Assembly (NCBI RefSeq): GCF_041146345.1
Contig: NW_027191417.1
Span: forward strand, 1,116,001 to 1,180,000
Length of the DNA: 64,000 nucleotides
Source: Neodothiora populina
Lineage: Eukaryota
Direction of reading: 5' to 3'
In this document: positions 51,393-64,000 of the stretch, piece after piece
How positions within the stretch are numbered: position 1 is the stretch's first letter
How the letters are laid out: every line of letters begins with the position of its first letter
Program-made: the position numbers and the translations under genes
The notes under the pieces: model-generated
What the model saw: only the letters and a program-made list of their open reading frames with translations
Database searches by the model: none
What the model was told of the DNA's origin: nothing

Positions 51393-52447
51393 ATGTCAAC
51401 TACGACAGCAAAGGACTCCGGCCTCAAGGCTCCCAAGACCACAATGCCTACTACTACTGCTTCGCTTGGTACTAAGCGCAAGCTGATCTGTTTCTCGGGT
51501 ACGCTGTGGTCATGAGCATTCTTCTCTTCTTGGAGACATCGACTATCCGAATGTTCAACTAACGAACATGTGCGATCTAACTAGATTTCGATGGCACAAT
51601 CTTCATGCAAGATACCGGTCATATTCTGTTCAACGCACACGGCTGCGGCAGCGAGCAGCGCGAACTTCTCGACGAACAGATTAAGTCTGGCGAACGATCC
51701 TTTCGGGATGTCTCCGAGGAAATGTGGGGTTCTTTGAACGTCCCGTTTGCAGATGGCTTTGAGGCGTTGAAAGATGGACTCGAGATCGACCCTGCTTTCA
51801 AAGAGTTCCATCAGTTCTGTCTCAACAACAACATTCCCTTCAACGTCATCTCGGCTGGACTCAAGCCTGTGCTCCGCAGCGTGCTCGATCACTTCATTGG
51901 CGAGGAGGCAGCCAGCAATATTGATATTGTGGCCAATGACGCGGAGATCTCTGAGGATGGTAGTCAGTGGAAGCCTGTCTGGCGCCACGATAATGATCTG
52001 GGTCACGACAAGTCTCTGTCCATCGCCGAGTACAAGGAGTCTGCCCAGCTGGAGAGTGAAGACGGCACGATTCCCATGATCATCTTCATCGGTGATGGCG
52101 TATCTGACCTACCGGCAGCTCGTCACTCGGACGTTCTGTTCGCCCGCCGTGGGCTGCGGTTGGAGGAATACTGCGTCGAGCACAAGCTACCTTATATCCC
52201 CTTCGACACCTTTGCTGATATCCAGAAGGAGATCTCCAAGATTGCCAAGGCTGATGAAGAGAAGACCAAGGGCGAAGGACTGCCATCCATCTTCAACCCT
52301 CGCGCAAACATGTGGCGCAGGGCATCGAGCAAGAAGTCGGTGCCAATTTTCGCGTCTATGACGCCGAGGGAAGAGAAGGTGTTCATCTGGCCCGAGACAT
52401 TCTCCGAGCTCAAGCCAGTACAGGAGGGAGTTTCGGTCCAAGCATAG
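51393..52447 (+). CDS. HAD-superfamily phosphatase (MtnX/Pyp1-like, subfamily IB)
   Basis: Exons 51393-51498 and 51585-52447. Splicing creates motif I CFSDFDGTI; also VISAG, GHDKS, IGDGVSDLPAA..LFAR. Confidence 0.85.
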
Positions 52448-53481
52448 GCGGTGGGGGTTTGTTTTTCTTTGATGATTCGTTCCGTACACCGACCATGGGG
52501 AGAGTCATAGGCATGGAAGATGATACACAGCATGCGGCAGGCGCACAGCATTTTAGGGCAGCCCCAAGGATATAATTGAAGATGACGAAGAATATGACAG
52601 ATATGTGAAAGAATTCATTCGATCGATCAATGCATCATGCTGGAGTTAGAGCGGTCGCAAAGATCCGTACACCCATCGACTTGTGCATGGAAACGTTTAC
52701 AGGTAAGCTGAACCATGGGAATTTACCATGTGTGGATTTCGTGGGGACAAGGCTTCTGTTCCCCATATGCACCTTTCGCCTTGTGAGACATTGACGACAG
52801 CTATACATTAAAGGCGGGAAATCACCATTTGCCATGTGCTCCAGCGAAACTCGAAGATCGTCCGACTGTCGACCCCTGGACCTCTACTTGTACTGCGAAA
52901 CATCCGTACATCCACAGGCTTGAGAGTAGTTGCGGTCAGGCAACACAGTAAACAAACCTCGTACTTCTGGGTGTCGCAAGGTCCGAGAGCCGAACCAATT
53001 GGGGCTTGCAGAAGCGAATGGTTTGCCCCGCTGCCGTGATCCAGCAACAAAAGTGAGGTACACTAGCAGAGTAGCAGGTAGTCAGAGAGTCCCGCCGCTG
53101 TTGGACTGACGTGGTGGACCAGCCTAAAGATACTTGTACGGAGACTGTACAGTACACCATCTGTCTACCAAGAGTCCCTCCACCACTGCACATCACCAGC
53201 CCACCTACTATCACGCCTAGCCTTTCCCTCTGCTCTCCCACTTTCCTCTATTTGCTCCGTTTAGAAACAGGAGGCTCAATTGCTGGCCGGTCCAGCAGCA
53301 GAGCCAGCAGCACGCCTGACTCGACAGTCCCACCTACGATTCCCTAAGTCTCATTCGTCGGTCGGCAACCTTGGAAGAGGCAACTGCAGCTTCTCTATCG
53401 CACAGCATATAAACGCCCTTGGCACTTGCCCGCCGCGACTAATCCCACTAATCCACCCACTCTCCGATCGTCTGCATCGCC

Positions 53482-56400
53482 ATGCCCAGGCCCCGCATCG
53501 CTTCACACCTGTCCATTCAGCGCTTCCGCAATCACAATGGCTCCTCCACCTCGCTCAACCCCAGCAGCCAGGTCAACAGCAGGAGCGTCAGTCCGAACAG
53601 GGCAGCAATGGAGAAAGGCGACCACAAGAACGTGAACCTCACTCTGCGGGTGCAGGTCATGAAGGTATTCCACTCAGCAGGGTGGCGTGGCAGACGGGCG
53701 GGATGCTGACACTTTCACGCAGGGCAGGAATCTCGCACCCAAAGACAAGAATGGCACCAGTGATCCGGTTCGTTCAGCATGACTATAGACGACAGTGGGC
53801 GAGACGCATGGGCTGACATGCAAAACACAGTACCTCGTAGTCACTATCGGTGATGCCAGAGCAGCCACGTCTTCGGTATCCAAGAGCCTCAACCCGGAAT
53901 GGAACGAGTCATTCGATCTGCCCATCACGGGCGTCGATAGCTTGCTTCTCGAAGCTGTGTGCTGGGACAAAGACCGCTTTGGCAAAGACTACATGGGCGA
54001 GTTCGACGTTGCCATTGAGGACATCTTTGCCAACGGCCAGACCATCCAAGAGGCAAGCCTCCGCGCCCATCCGGCCCCCATCTCGCATATTGTCTGACTG
54101 TGTGTGATAGCCCCAATGGTACCAGCTCAAGTCTAAGAAGACCGGCAAGAAGAAGAGCACTGCATCTGGCGACATTCTGATCCGCTTCTCCATCTTCGAC
54201 CCAGCGGACCCCACCGCTTCCGCGCAGCAGGTCTTACAAAAGTTCTTCAGTATTGTAGCTCTCGAACCGACAGAAGGAGACGATGATCTAGACGACCTCA
54301 ACCGTACCGATACCGCAGACCTTGACGAAGACGACGACTTCGACCCGGACTTTGACGATGATGGCACTCGCAAGCCTGAGCAGGCAGAGAGGAGGAAGAA
54401 GAAGAGGCACAGACTGGCCCGGCTCAAGCGTAAGACGAAGCTCAAGGCCTACGAGTTCAACGGACTCAGTGCTGTCGCCGGCGTTCTCTTCCTCGAAATC
54501 CAAAAAGTCACAGACCTTCCCCCTGAGCGCAATGGTGAGTTGATATGATCAGGTGATGTCTGAATGCGTGAACTTACTGACGCTTCATAGTGACGAGGAC
54601 GTCTTTCGACATGGACCCCTTTGTTGTGTCCTCGCTGGGTAAAAAGACCTACCGAACCCGCGTCGTGAAGCACAACCTGAACCCCGTGTTCGAGGAGAAG
54701 ATGGTGTTCCAGGTCCTTCGTCATGAGACCAACTATTCGCTCAACTTTACCGTTATAGATCGAGACAAGCTCTCGGGTAATGACTTCGTTGGAACTGCCA
54801 ACTTCGCCCTGCAAACAGCCGTGGCTGTGCAACCAGAAGCTGATCCGGAGACTGGCCTCTACAATTGTCCGGAACCCTTTGAGACCACTGCCGGAACATC
54901 TCCTCCAGAATACCGACGGTCACGGTTCAAGCTACCAACGTCGCGGTCGCCCTCGGTGAACAGGTACTCGCGCAACACCTCTTCGAGTAATCTGAGCAGA
55001 TTGTCAAGGACACAGTCGAACAACAGCTACAGCAGACCCGACTTGCGATCCGAAGCATCCGGGGAGTCCTTGAATATGGGTGATCTACAATCTGACTTGC
55101 CATCTGCTTCAAGCTCGAGTCGTCCACAAGGCATACCAGCCGTTCAACTGACTGCCGAGGATGCCGACGACCCCGATCTTAGGTACTATGCCATTCCGCT
55201 CGAGCTCAAGCACAAGGAACGCTGGGAAGACAAGCACAGCCCAACGCTTCATGTGTTGGCAAAGTACCTGCCATACCAAGCCTTGAGACAGCAATTCTGG
55301 CGAGCAATGCTCAGACATTACGATGCCGACGAGAGTGGGAAACTCGATAAGGTCGAATTGACGACCATGCTCGACACGCTTGGTTCGACGCTGCATGAGT
55401 CGACCATCGATTCGTTTTTTGCTCGTTTCTCTGACGTCAATGGCGGCGAGGAATACCTTACCATGGATCAGGCGGTGATATGTTTGGAAGATCAACTGCA
55501 GCAGTACCAAGCGCGATCCATGGGCGACACTATCCGTGGTCATCTTCCGGACAGCCTGACCTCGAGGTTCACGACCGTCAGCAATGGTGAGAGCACACCG
55601 GGCAACATTTCTCCTTCGATCTATAGCTCGACAACTAGCACGCCCTTGAACAATCGATCCGAATCGTCGATAATACCGGCGCTCGAGGTGTCGGATCTGA
55701 CCAACGAAGGCGGAGAAGAAGGTGATGCGCTCCCGTCTGACGATCTGGCAGACGAAGAAAGGGGCGAGGAGCACGTCATAGAGATCCATGAGTGCCCCAT
55801 CTGCCACCAGCCACGTCTCGACAAGAAGAACAGCGAGGCGGACATCATCACACACGTAGCCACGTGTGCCTCTCAGGACTGGCGCGCGGTCAACAACATT
55901 GTTATGGGCGGTTTTGTCACGAGCAGCCAGGCGCAGAGGAAGTGGTACAGCAAAGTCATCACCAAGATTGGCTACGGCGGATACAAATTGGGAGCCAACA
56001 GTGCAAACATCTTGGTGCAGGACCGCATCACTGGGCAGATCAACGAAGAGCGGATGAGCGTGTACGTCCGCCTCGGTATCCGTCTGCTCTACAAGGGCCT
56101 CAAGAGCAACAGCATGGAGAAGAAGAGGATCCGCAAGCTACTGCGTTCGCTTTCCTTCAAGCAGGGTCGCAAGTACGATGATCCAGCGTCGGCGGCGCAG
56201 ATCGAGGGGTTCATCAACTTCCATCAGCTCGACATGTCCGAGGTGCTTCGGCCTGTGTCAGAGTTCAAGACATTCAACGAGTTTTTCTACCGGGAACTGA
56301 AAGCGTCGGCGAGGCCCTGCTCTGCACCGGATCGACCCGAGATAGTCACATCGCCGGCGGATTGCCGATCGGTCGTCTTCAACAAGATGGAAGAGGCGCA

Positions 56401-57203
56401 ACGCATCTGGGTCAAGGGACGAGAGTTCTCTGTCGAACGACTCCTGGGCAATGCCTATCCAGAGGACGCAAAGCGATACGAAGGCGGCTCGCTCGGAATA
56501 TTCAGGCTGGCACCGCAAGACTACCATCGCTTCCACATCCCTGTCGATGGCATAATGGGCGAAGCCAAGCTCATCGAGGGAGAGTACTACACGGTCAACC
56601 CCATGGCGATCCGCAGCGCGCTGGATGTGTATGGAGAGAACGTCAGGGTCGTGGTGCCCATCGACAGCGAGAAGCACGGAAGGGTGATGGTGATCTGCGT
56701 GGGTGCGATGATGGTAGGTAGTACGGTCATCACGAGGCGAGCGGGCGAGAGGGTGTCGAGAGCGGAAGAGCTCGGGTATTTCAAGTTTGGTGAGTTGTCG
56801 ATGCGTGACTGGGGAATCAATGCCAGGAACACTGGGTCAAGCAGTACGGGATTGTGAGAGTCGTGCTAACACGCAGTCACAGGTGGCAGCACACTGCTCT
56901 TGTTGTTCGAGCCAGGAAAGATGGTGTACGATGCGGACCTGGTAGACAACTCGCAAGGCGCGCTGGAGACATTGGTGAGTGACAGAGGATTGATTCAAAA
57001 GGCTGGGAAGCGGGTACTGACAAGATGTGCGACAGATCAGGGTCGGCATGTCGATAGGGCACAGTCCCAATTCCGCACCGCACACGCCGGACATGCGCAA
57101 AGACAACCCGAGCATGGCGGAGAAGCAAGACGCGAAGCGCAGGATCGAGGGCAGCTTTGCACCGCACAATGGCGACGTGTCGGCGGCAGCCAGTATGCAG
57201 TGA
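53482..57203 (+). CDS. PSD2: Phosphatidylserine decarboxylase type II (two C2 domains, EF-hand, GGST self-cleavage motif)
   Basis: Exons 53482-53664, 53723-53767, 53831-54052, 54111-54534, 54591-56789, 56883-56974, 57036-57203. Motifs KDKNGTSDPY, DADESGKLDKVEL, TFNEFFYR, FRLAPQDYHRFH, YFKFG|GST. Intron 3 is GC-AG. Confidence 0.95.
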
Positions 57204-57806
57204 GAAGAAGAACAAGAAGACGACGTCGGCAGCATCGAGGCACCGGGTGATGTGAGTCTCGGGCCGAGCAGGTGATGTACATGGGTGCACGAGACACGAC
57301 CAGCTTTGTTTGGGGATACTTTTATCATGGGTAATACCCTCTATCCGCCGAGTCAGACCATCAACTGGCACTCACTCATGCTTTCCTCACACGAGTTGTC
57401 TATTGTAGCTGTGTTCCACTTCTATCATCGCACGTGACATCGGGTGCTGGAACAAGCCAAGCGTATGCCAAGATTATGTCAAGAATACCCTTGGACTCAA
57501 TGTTTACCTCGAGATGATGAAGTTCCCGTTCCCGTTCCCGTTCCCCCGCGTAGCGCAGTGCAAGTCTCGCTTGCAACAACAACGACAACAACAAGGCCCG
57601 TAAGCCTCTATACAACGACAACCACGCGCGCATCATCACCATCGCGGAACCCGGCTTTCCTACAGGACTATGCAACAGCAACAGATCATCTGAGCCACCC
57701 GAAGCGTTAGATCAAACATCCACACCCCCACACGGGACGCGCAGCCACCGGCTTCCAACCCCATCAGCCGAGGAAGGTGCAGGTGCTTGCTTGACCCATT
57801 CTTCCC

Positions 57807-60014
57807 ATGTCCTTCACCGCCATCATCGCCCGGCCACCTTTACATCCACTGAGCATGAGCGGAGCACAAACCAACGGCACCAAGCGAAAGAGCACCCGCC
57901 TAGCTTTCGATCCCGAAGACAATGCCCCGCCCAGCAAGAGGACCAAGCCGGACGCTGCCACTGCTACCTCTACCGCCGCCCGCACCGCGTCAGCAAACAA
58001 CAACAACAACAACACTGCGAATACGAGCAGGACCGCCGCCACGCGATCGAATACCTCCACGGCCACGGTCAAGACAAGAGCTGCAAAGAAATGTGAGTGG
58101 TTCGGGGAGGGTCGCGGGACGAGAGAGACGCGTCGAGGCGGAACGAACGAGAGCAAAGGATCATCGAGGGGGGGGGGGTGAATAGGACGCGCGACCGAGC
58201 TGACACGTCCAAAAACAGCATACGACGAAGACGAGGACGGCTTTGCATTCTCCCGCACGCGATCCAAGAGACTGAAGGGACGGCCACCGCAGCCTCCAGA
58301 ACCAGCGCCCAAGCCTGCTGCACCCGAGCCTGAAGCGCCATCCGAACCTGCACGCGTCGAGCCAGCACCTGCCGCGAAACCACAGTCGAAACGCAAACCG
58401 AGAAAGACTTTACCCGTGTCACCGGACCAGTCCAAAGTGCAAAAAGACGCGCCACGGAGACGCTCGAAACGTTTGTCTAGCGACACTCGGCAGCCCGCGC
58501 ATGAGGCTGCCATACCGGAACCGCAACCCGCGGTGACTACTCCCAGACACGCACACGACTCACCTGCGCAACAACAACATGACCAAAATGACGACAGCCC
58601 GCAGCTCCAGCCTGGTCAGGACGAGCAGGGCTTACATGTCGACAAGAAGCGACGACTCACGAAAATCCCTCTTCCGTTCGCCGACACTCCGATAATCCGA
58701 CGGAACAAGGAAATGAGAAAGACCACGGCCGACAATTCGAGGCGATCTTCCTCGGGCATGCGCGGCAGGCGTGCATCTTCTCTGATAGACGCGGGGACCT
58801 CACATGGTGCGTATCCCATTCTGTTCTTCGTGCCTTTTTTCGTCTCTGCTTCTTCAGCCTCCCTAATCAAGGACTCGCGCGTGTCTAGGCTCCGACCGCG
58901 ACGTCGAAGCCGTGCCCGAGTACCAAGGCGGTGGCGATTTGCCTACGAGAAAAGATGACAACAAATCAGAAGCGCAAAGAACTTTGACTGACGGGGACTT
59001 TTCCTTTGAAACAGCAGTACCACACTCCGAGGTGGAAACAAAAGAGCTCTATAAACACATCTCCCAGGATCTGATCGAAATCAAGCGCATGCGGCAATTG
59101 CTGGTGTGGTGTGGCAGCAGAGCACTACCGGAGAAGCCTGGTGGCCAACTGGATGCTGCCGAGAGTGCGGCCATGCACGCGGGTACGAGTCTCCAGAAAG
59201 TTTGCTCTTTATGGTTCTCAAGCTGACACGATCTGCTAGCTCGAGTGATTCAAGTAGAGCTGTTGAACGAATTCGGCAGTAAACACGAGTTGAGTTCGTG
59301 GTTCGACCGGGAAGATGACGCGCCAGCAGTGCTGGTGAAGAAACCCAACCCGAGGAACGTTCAGAACGCGGAGAAGCTGCAGCAACTCGAGGGTGAACTA
59401 GCTCGGTATGTCGGTTTGTTTGTTTGTTGTCATGATGCGACGTGCTGACCAGAGTTGGCAGACTGCAAGAAGAGAAGCGAAGCTGGGACGATCTGATCGC
59501 TTCGACGGCAGGACCCAGTACCACAGAGCTAGAGACTCCGATGACACTGGATGCCGCAAGCATAGATACTTCGCTTTTGGACCCATCGCAGACCGACATT
59601 CTGAACACTCTTCTGTCGAGACTATCTACAGACTCACATAGCCACGAGATGACAAAACTCGAGTCTGGCGAAGACACCAACCCGGCAACAACAACAACGT
59701 CAACAGCAACAACAATTGGCTCCAAATCATCACCTCGACGACGCGTCAGCGCCCTGACAAAGAACCTAGAATTCAAAATCGACCAATTCGCAGACAGCGC
59801 GCACAGAATGGAGCAATACCGCCAGACAGCCGATCTCGCGGCGGACAAGATCCTGGCCTCTGGCGCGCACAGACTCGAAGAGAAAGCAAAGCTTCTCAGG
59901 GAGAAGAGTGCGTCTGCGACTGGAACGGCGAGTTCGGCACCGGTCGATGCTCTGGACGCGCTCAGGAGCCTCGGCAGGGTTCTGCATCATAATCGACAAC
60001 AACAACAACAACAA

Positions 60015-60053
<39 letters not shown>

Positions 60054-60110
60054 TCTTCTCGGCAACAGGAGAGAAAGGGAGGGAGAGGCAATGGTAGCAA
60101 AGCAGCATGA
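57807..60110 (+). CDS. DSN1: Kinetochore MIND/Mis12 complex subunit Dsn1/Mis13
   Basis: Exons 57807-58092, 58219-58806, 59015-59182, 59240-59405, 59462-60110. Motifs YDEDEDGFAFSR, DTPIIRRNKEMRK, RRSSSGMRGRRASSL (Aurora-type sites), VPHSEV..LYKHIS, RMRQLLVWC, SWFDRE..KKPNPRN, LEFKIDQFAD. Confidence 0.85.
59997..60050 (+). repeat. Coding polyglutamine tract (CAA)7(CAG)11
   Basis: Encodes Q18 near the C-terminus of the Dsn1/Mis13 protein. Confidence 0.95.
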
Positions 60111-60724
60111 AAGGGTTTTTGCGCTATTGTATTGTATTGTATTGCATTGTATTGGGATAGAGTATAGGAACGAACTGGCGCGGTTCAGGCACAGTCATTC
60201 ATGCACGAGTAGGAAGGGACAGAATGAGAGAATCGGTTGTCTACCCTAGCTTGGATTAGTTCTGTCACTTGGTTCCTGGTAGCGCCGTGTCTGCACACCA
60301 TCCACACCACGCCTTTAGCCACGTAAGAGAGAGGGGGCCGGAAGAGGATGTTTTCTGATTGATTCAGATACCCCATTCGTTTCCAACCATCCATTTAGCC
60401 ATCGGTTTCCAACGCCGTTCATCGGTCCTCCGTCTTTCTGTTGCGGATTCATCGCTTCGTGCTTTCGTTCGCTCTTTCGTTCTTGTTTCCTCTATTTATT
60501 TGAGTTGGGTTGCGTGTCCTTCCAATTCTAGCCTTGCATCCATCCATCCATCCACTCCGTTCACGGACAATACCTCTACTTGTGTAACCCCCGCAATCGC
60601 ACGACAAGGCACAGAGCAATAGGGAAAAAAAAAGGCACAGGCAAAAATGAACAAGTCGTCGGCAGGGGTGGAAGATTTCTTTTTGGCCATCTCCGGCGTG
60701 AATTCACAGCTGATGGGCTGGGTC

Positions 60725-60750
60725 AGGTAGGTAGGTAGGTAGGTAGGTAG
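60725..60750. repeat. (AGGT)n tetranucleotide microsatellite
   Basis: aggtaggtaggtaggtaggtaggtag in the convergent DSN1/ING interval. Confidence 0.9.
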
Positions 60751-61002
60751 CTGACCACCGAGAGTGGAATTGTTGGGGTTTGCTCGGGTTCATTCGTTAT
60801 TGTCTACATGATATGCATTCGAACGTCAGACTGGCGCTGTGGAAGAGATAAGGGGGTTTCTAGTCATCTCTTCTTTCTTCACTTCTGTCTTCTCGACTCT
60901 CGCTTCGTCTCGCTCTCTTCTCCAGGCTCCACCGTCTCTCTTGTTCTGTTCATGTTGTGTTTTTCGTCGAGAGAGAAAAAAGAAAGAAAAAAGAAAGACA
61001 AA

Positions 61003-63242
61003 TCAGTGGCCCGATGCAGCGTGTCTGGACCCCGGTCTGCCCTTCTTGCCTCGTCCGTTGTGGCCCATTGAGCTTTTGCACATGTCGCAGAACCATTTCA
61101 CTGTGGTCAAGGTCAGTATATCGATCCGTGCACTTGAGTAGACATAAAGTGGTCGAGGAAAGCCGTAGGTGGTTGATGGCGGAGGAAGATGTCATATGAG
61201 GCAAGACTCGCAGGATACGGTTGACGGATAGCGGGGAAATGTAAATAGAGACAGAAGCGCAGAACAAAAACTCACCATTGTCCGCCGGCACACTCCTCAG
61301 ACCGGTGCAGGTCAAATGGAACCATTCCATCGTGCAATTGGGGTTATCGCAGGCAATCATCTCGCCCCAACTTCCCCTGCCGCAATAGCAGTACCGAGGC
61401 TCGTTGGGGTCGTCCTCTTCCTCTTCCTCTTCTTCTTCGTCGTCCACCTGCTGACTGACCGGCTCTTGCTGCTTTCGATGTCGTCTCGTATCCGCCACCG
61501 TCGCCGCCACGTCCTGCTGCTGCTGCTGCTGCTGGTTGTGACGATGATCGTCGACGGCAATGGCGGCGGCGCGCTCGGAGCCTCGACCGCCGACTCGTTC
61601 GTCTCCGTCCTCCTCTTGGTCGTCGTGGTCGGCTTCGAGCGGCGGAATCTGCTGGGCTTCGGGAGTGATGTTGCGGGAGCGCGAATGCGGGGCGGAACGA
61701 GGGGGTTCGGTGTCGCGACCCCGTTGACGCGAAGCGCGGCTCGATCGACCACCCATCGATGCGTTGCCGGCAATGACAGCGGCGGCGGCGGCGGCGGCGG
61801 CGGCGGAGACGGACGCGACGGTGCGCGGAGCAGACCTCCTGCTGCTGCTCCTCGCACCGTGATGACCAGCACCTCCCCCTCCCCCACTGACACTCCCACT
61901 CGTGGAAGCGCTGCCAGTGGCGCCACGGGTGACGCCCTCGCGCACTTGGTTGCGCTCTTCGTCGTCCGAGTCCGCGTCGGACGTGGGCTGGCCGGGCACG
62001 GAGCGGTGGCGGTCCATATCTGGCGAGCGGTTAAAACTAGCGATCTGCTTGAGAATATGCGCGCCAGAACTTTTTCGATGATGTGTTTTCTTCTTTTGCG
62101 AGTCGCCGCCAACAGCACTCGAGGCTTCGGGAGTTTGGGATTGGGAGGGTCGGGTGGAGGCTGTACCATTCTTGTCGGCAACATCGGTGCGCGAATTGGT
62201 GCCGCGGTTTGAGCGCGTGCGGACCATGGTGGCGCTGCCGGGCACAGGACTGTCTGGCGCTGCGGCATGAGCCAGAGGTGTCGACGTCTTGGGTGCGCGT
62301 GCGCGTGTGGGTTGCTCTGGTGGTCGAGAGTGCGATTGTTCTTGTGCTTGTGTTTGTGCTTGTGCTTGTGCTTGCGCTTCTTGGTCTTGCTTCTGTCGCT
62401 GCTGCTGCTGCTGCTGTGCGTCGGATGTGGCCATCTCTTCTTGCTTGAGGCCCTGTTTGCGATCTGCCGACTTGTTGTTTTCCAGCTCTTGTTCGCGATC
62501 AATGTCCATCTTGTCCTCACTTGCCGCTAGTGCAGTATTAGCTTGCTCAGTAGAGCGCTGAATGTCATGGTTGTTGTTATTGTTGTTGTTGTTGATGTTG
62601 ATTGCACCATTGGTGCCACTGGCTCCACTGGCGCTGTTAGTGGTGCGACTCTTGGGCGCAGAAGTGGGTTGGCTGCTGCGCTCGCGCTCTTCCTCTGCGC
62701 CGTGCCCGCCCGCCAGCAGTGAGTACTGCAGGTTCGAAGTCGACGAGTTCTGACGGTTGCGCGAAGACGCCGGTCGTTGTGCGCTGGCCAGCTCAGCCTG
62801 CACGTTGTTCAGCAATGGAGAAGAAGCCACGACTGGTGAATTGTCGCCGGAGTTGAGGGCGGCAGCTGCTTGGTTGCTGTGAGGCAGAAAGGTGTCAGCG
62901 GAGGATTGTCTGATTCTCGTCAGTGTCGCTGGAACATACCGCTTCTTGACGGGCACAAAGCCCGGCGCGGGACCTGGCTTCTTCTTCTGTTTGGCGGCGG
63001 GTTCGGCCTGAGGGGTGGATCTTGGCGTTGTGTTTCCTCCTCTTCCATTCTTCAGAGCGCTGGCAGACCGTTCCATTGCCGGAGTGGCCACCTTGTCGAC
63101 CTTTCTTCTCTTGGCGGGCGCGCCTTCTGTGATTCCCAACCCGGCGACTTTGCCGTCTGCCGCTTCCTTGCGAGCCTTTGCGGGGGCTGCTCTCTTCTGG
63201 ACGGGCTTGTCGTCAAAGTCGGACTCGGCGTGGTGGTGGTGG

Positions 63243-63276
<34 letters not shown>

Positions 63277-64000
63277 GGTGGTGGTGGTGGTGGTGGTGCT
63301 TGCTCTTCTTGCTTTCGCGCGTGGCCTGGCCTCTCGCGGCGGCAATGTCGTTGTCGTGAACGGCAGCGGCAGCGGCAGCCAGATTGGATGTGGCGGCGAC
63401 GTCTCTCCTGGCGCGTTCGTGTGCGGGGGCAGGCTGCTTCTTGACTCTGTTCTCGGCGTAGGCCCAATGTGTCAGGCTGCCCAGTCTGGCCTCTTCGCTG
63501 ATCTCGGCCTCGACGTGCGGCATGACGCTGTCCATGCGCGACAGCTGCTGCGAAAGGACGCGGTTGGCCTCGGCCATGACGTTGTTCTTCTCGTCGAGAT
63601 TGACAATCATGTTGCCGATGAGATGGCGCAGATCCCGGACGTTCGAGCGCCTGGCGAGGTCGGCCTGCTGGTCGATGCGAGAATTGGCGGCGTCGAGGAC
63701 ATCAGAGACGCGGTCGGGGTTCGGGGCGATGCCGTTGATGACGGATCCATTCAGACTGGCGGTGGCGCTGTTGGAGGCGGTGAAAGACAGCAGGCCTTGA
63801 GTCGAGGGGTCTGCATTTCTTCGCGGCGGAGCAGGCAATGCCAGGATGTTGGCCGACAGAGTCTTGAGGGCCTCGGTGGGTCCATAGACTTTGGCCTCGA
63901 CCTCTTTCATCAGCGAGACGTGTCGCTGGACCTCTTTCGGCAGGGCGCTGACTGCGTCGGCGAAGTAAGTGATGGCGGGGAAGAAGCCCGGAGGATCTTG
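61003..64000 (-). CDS. ING-family PHD finger chromatin reader (Pho23/Yng-like); 5' end lies outside the window
   Basis: Exons >64000-62940, 62876-61276, 61100-61003. N-terminal ING domain [82 protein letters not shown] is completed by the last exon. Confidence 0.9.
63230..63298 (-). repeat. Coding compound microsatellite (CAC)8(AAC)11(CAC)4
   Basis: Encodes His8-Asn11-His4 in the ING protein. Confidence 0.9.

Noticed and set aside
39650..57203. INO1, HAD phosphatase and PSD2 as a phospholipid/inositol gene cluster
   Set aside because: Interrupted by unrelated LIM and G-alpha genes, and no shared motif was seen.
1..64000. Stop-codon readthrough (TGA-CTA) producing cryptic peroxisomal isoforms
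   Set aside because: None of the modelled stop codons I checked has the TGA CTA context.
1..64000. Transposons, RIP-mutated repeats and mating-type locus genes
   Set aside because: No transposase/RT motifs, LTR/TIR pairs, AT-rich RIP blocks, or MAT/APN2/SLA2 genes recognised.

Overview
Eukaryotic, intron-containing DNA from a filamentous ascomycete (Pezizomycotina-type short GT-AG introns with CTRAC branch sites). I can support about 20 protein-coding genes, nearly all housekeeping: CDC24, a peroxisomal enoyl-CoA hydratase/isomerase, RRP46, PEX4, PHB1, QCR8, a Ser/Pro-rich hypothetical protein, a SIT4/PP6-associated SAPS protein, VPS60, a Pho85-type Pcl cyclin, an NRAMP transporter, a LaeA-like methyltransferase, SAM35/metaxin, INO1, a LIM protein, a group I G-alpha, a HAD phosphatase, PSD2, DSN1/Mis13 and a 5'-truncated ING/PHD gene. 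I found no tRNA, rRNA, transposon, CRISPR or biosynthetic cluster, and no clear-cut new multi-gene system. The best leads are: (1) a probably spliced non-coding minus-strand locus near 18.1-19.2 kb with two diverged copies of a covarying structured motif; (2) two alternative C-termini for the SAPS gene; (3) a G-alpha lacking the canonical C-terminal Cys(-4); (4) an intergenic AGGTAAGGTA motif recurring five times; (5) a GC-AG intron in PSD2; (6) two genes broken by single-base homopolymer deficits, probably assembly errors. All gene calls come from motif recognition and hand-built splice models; no database search was run.
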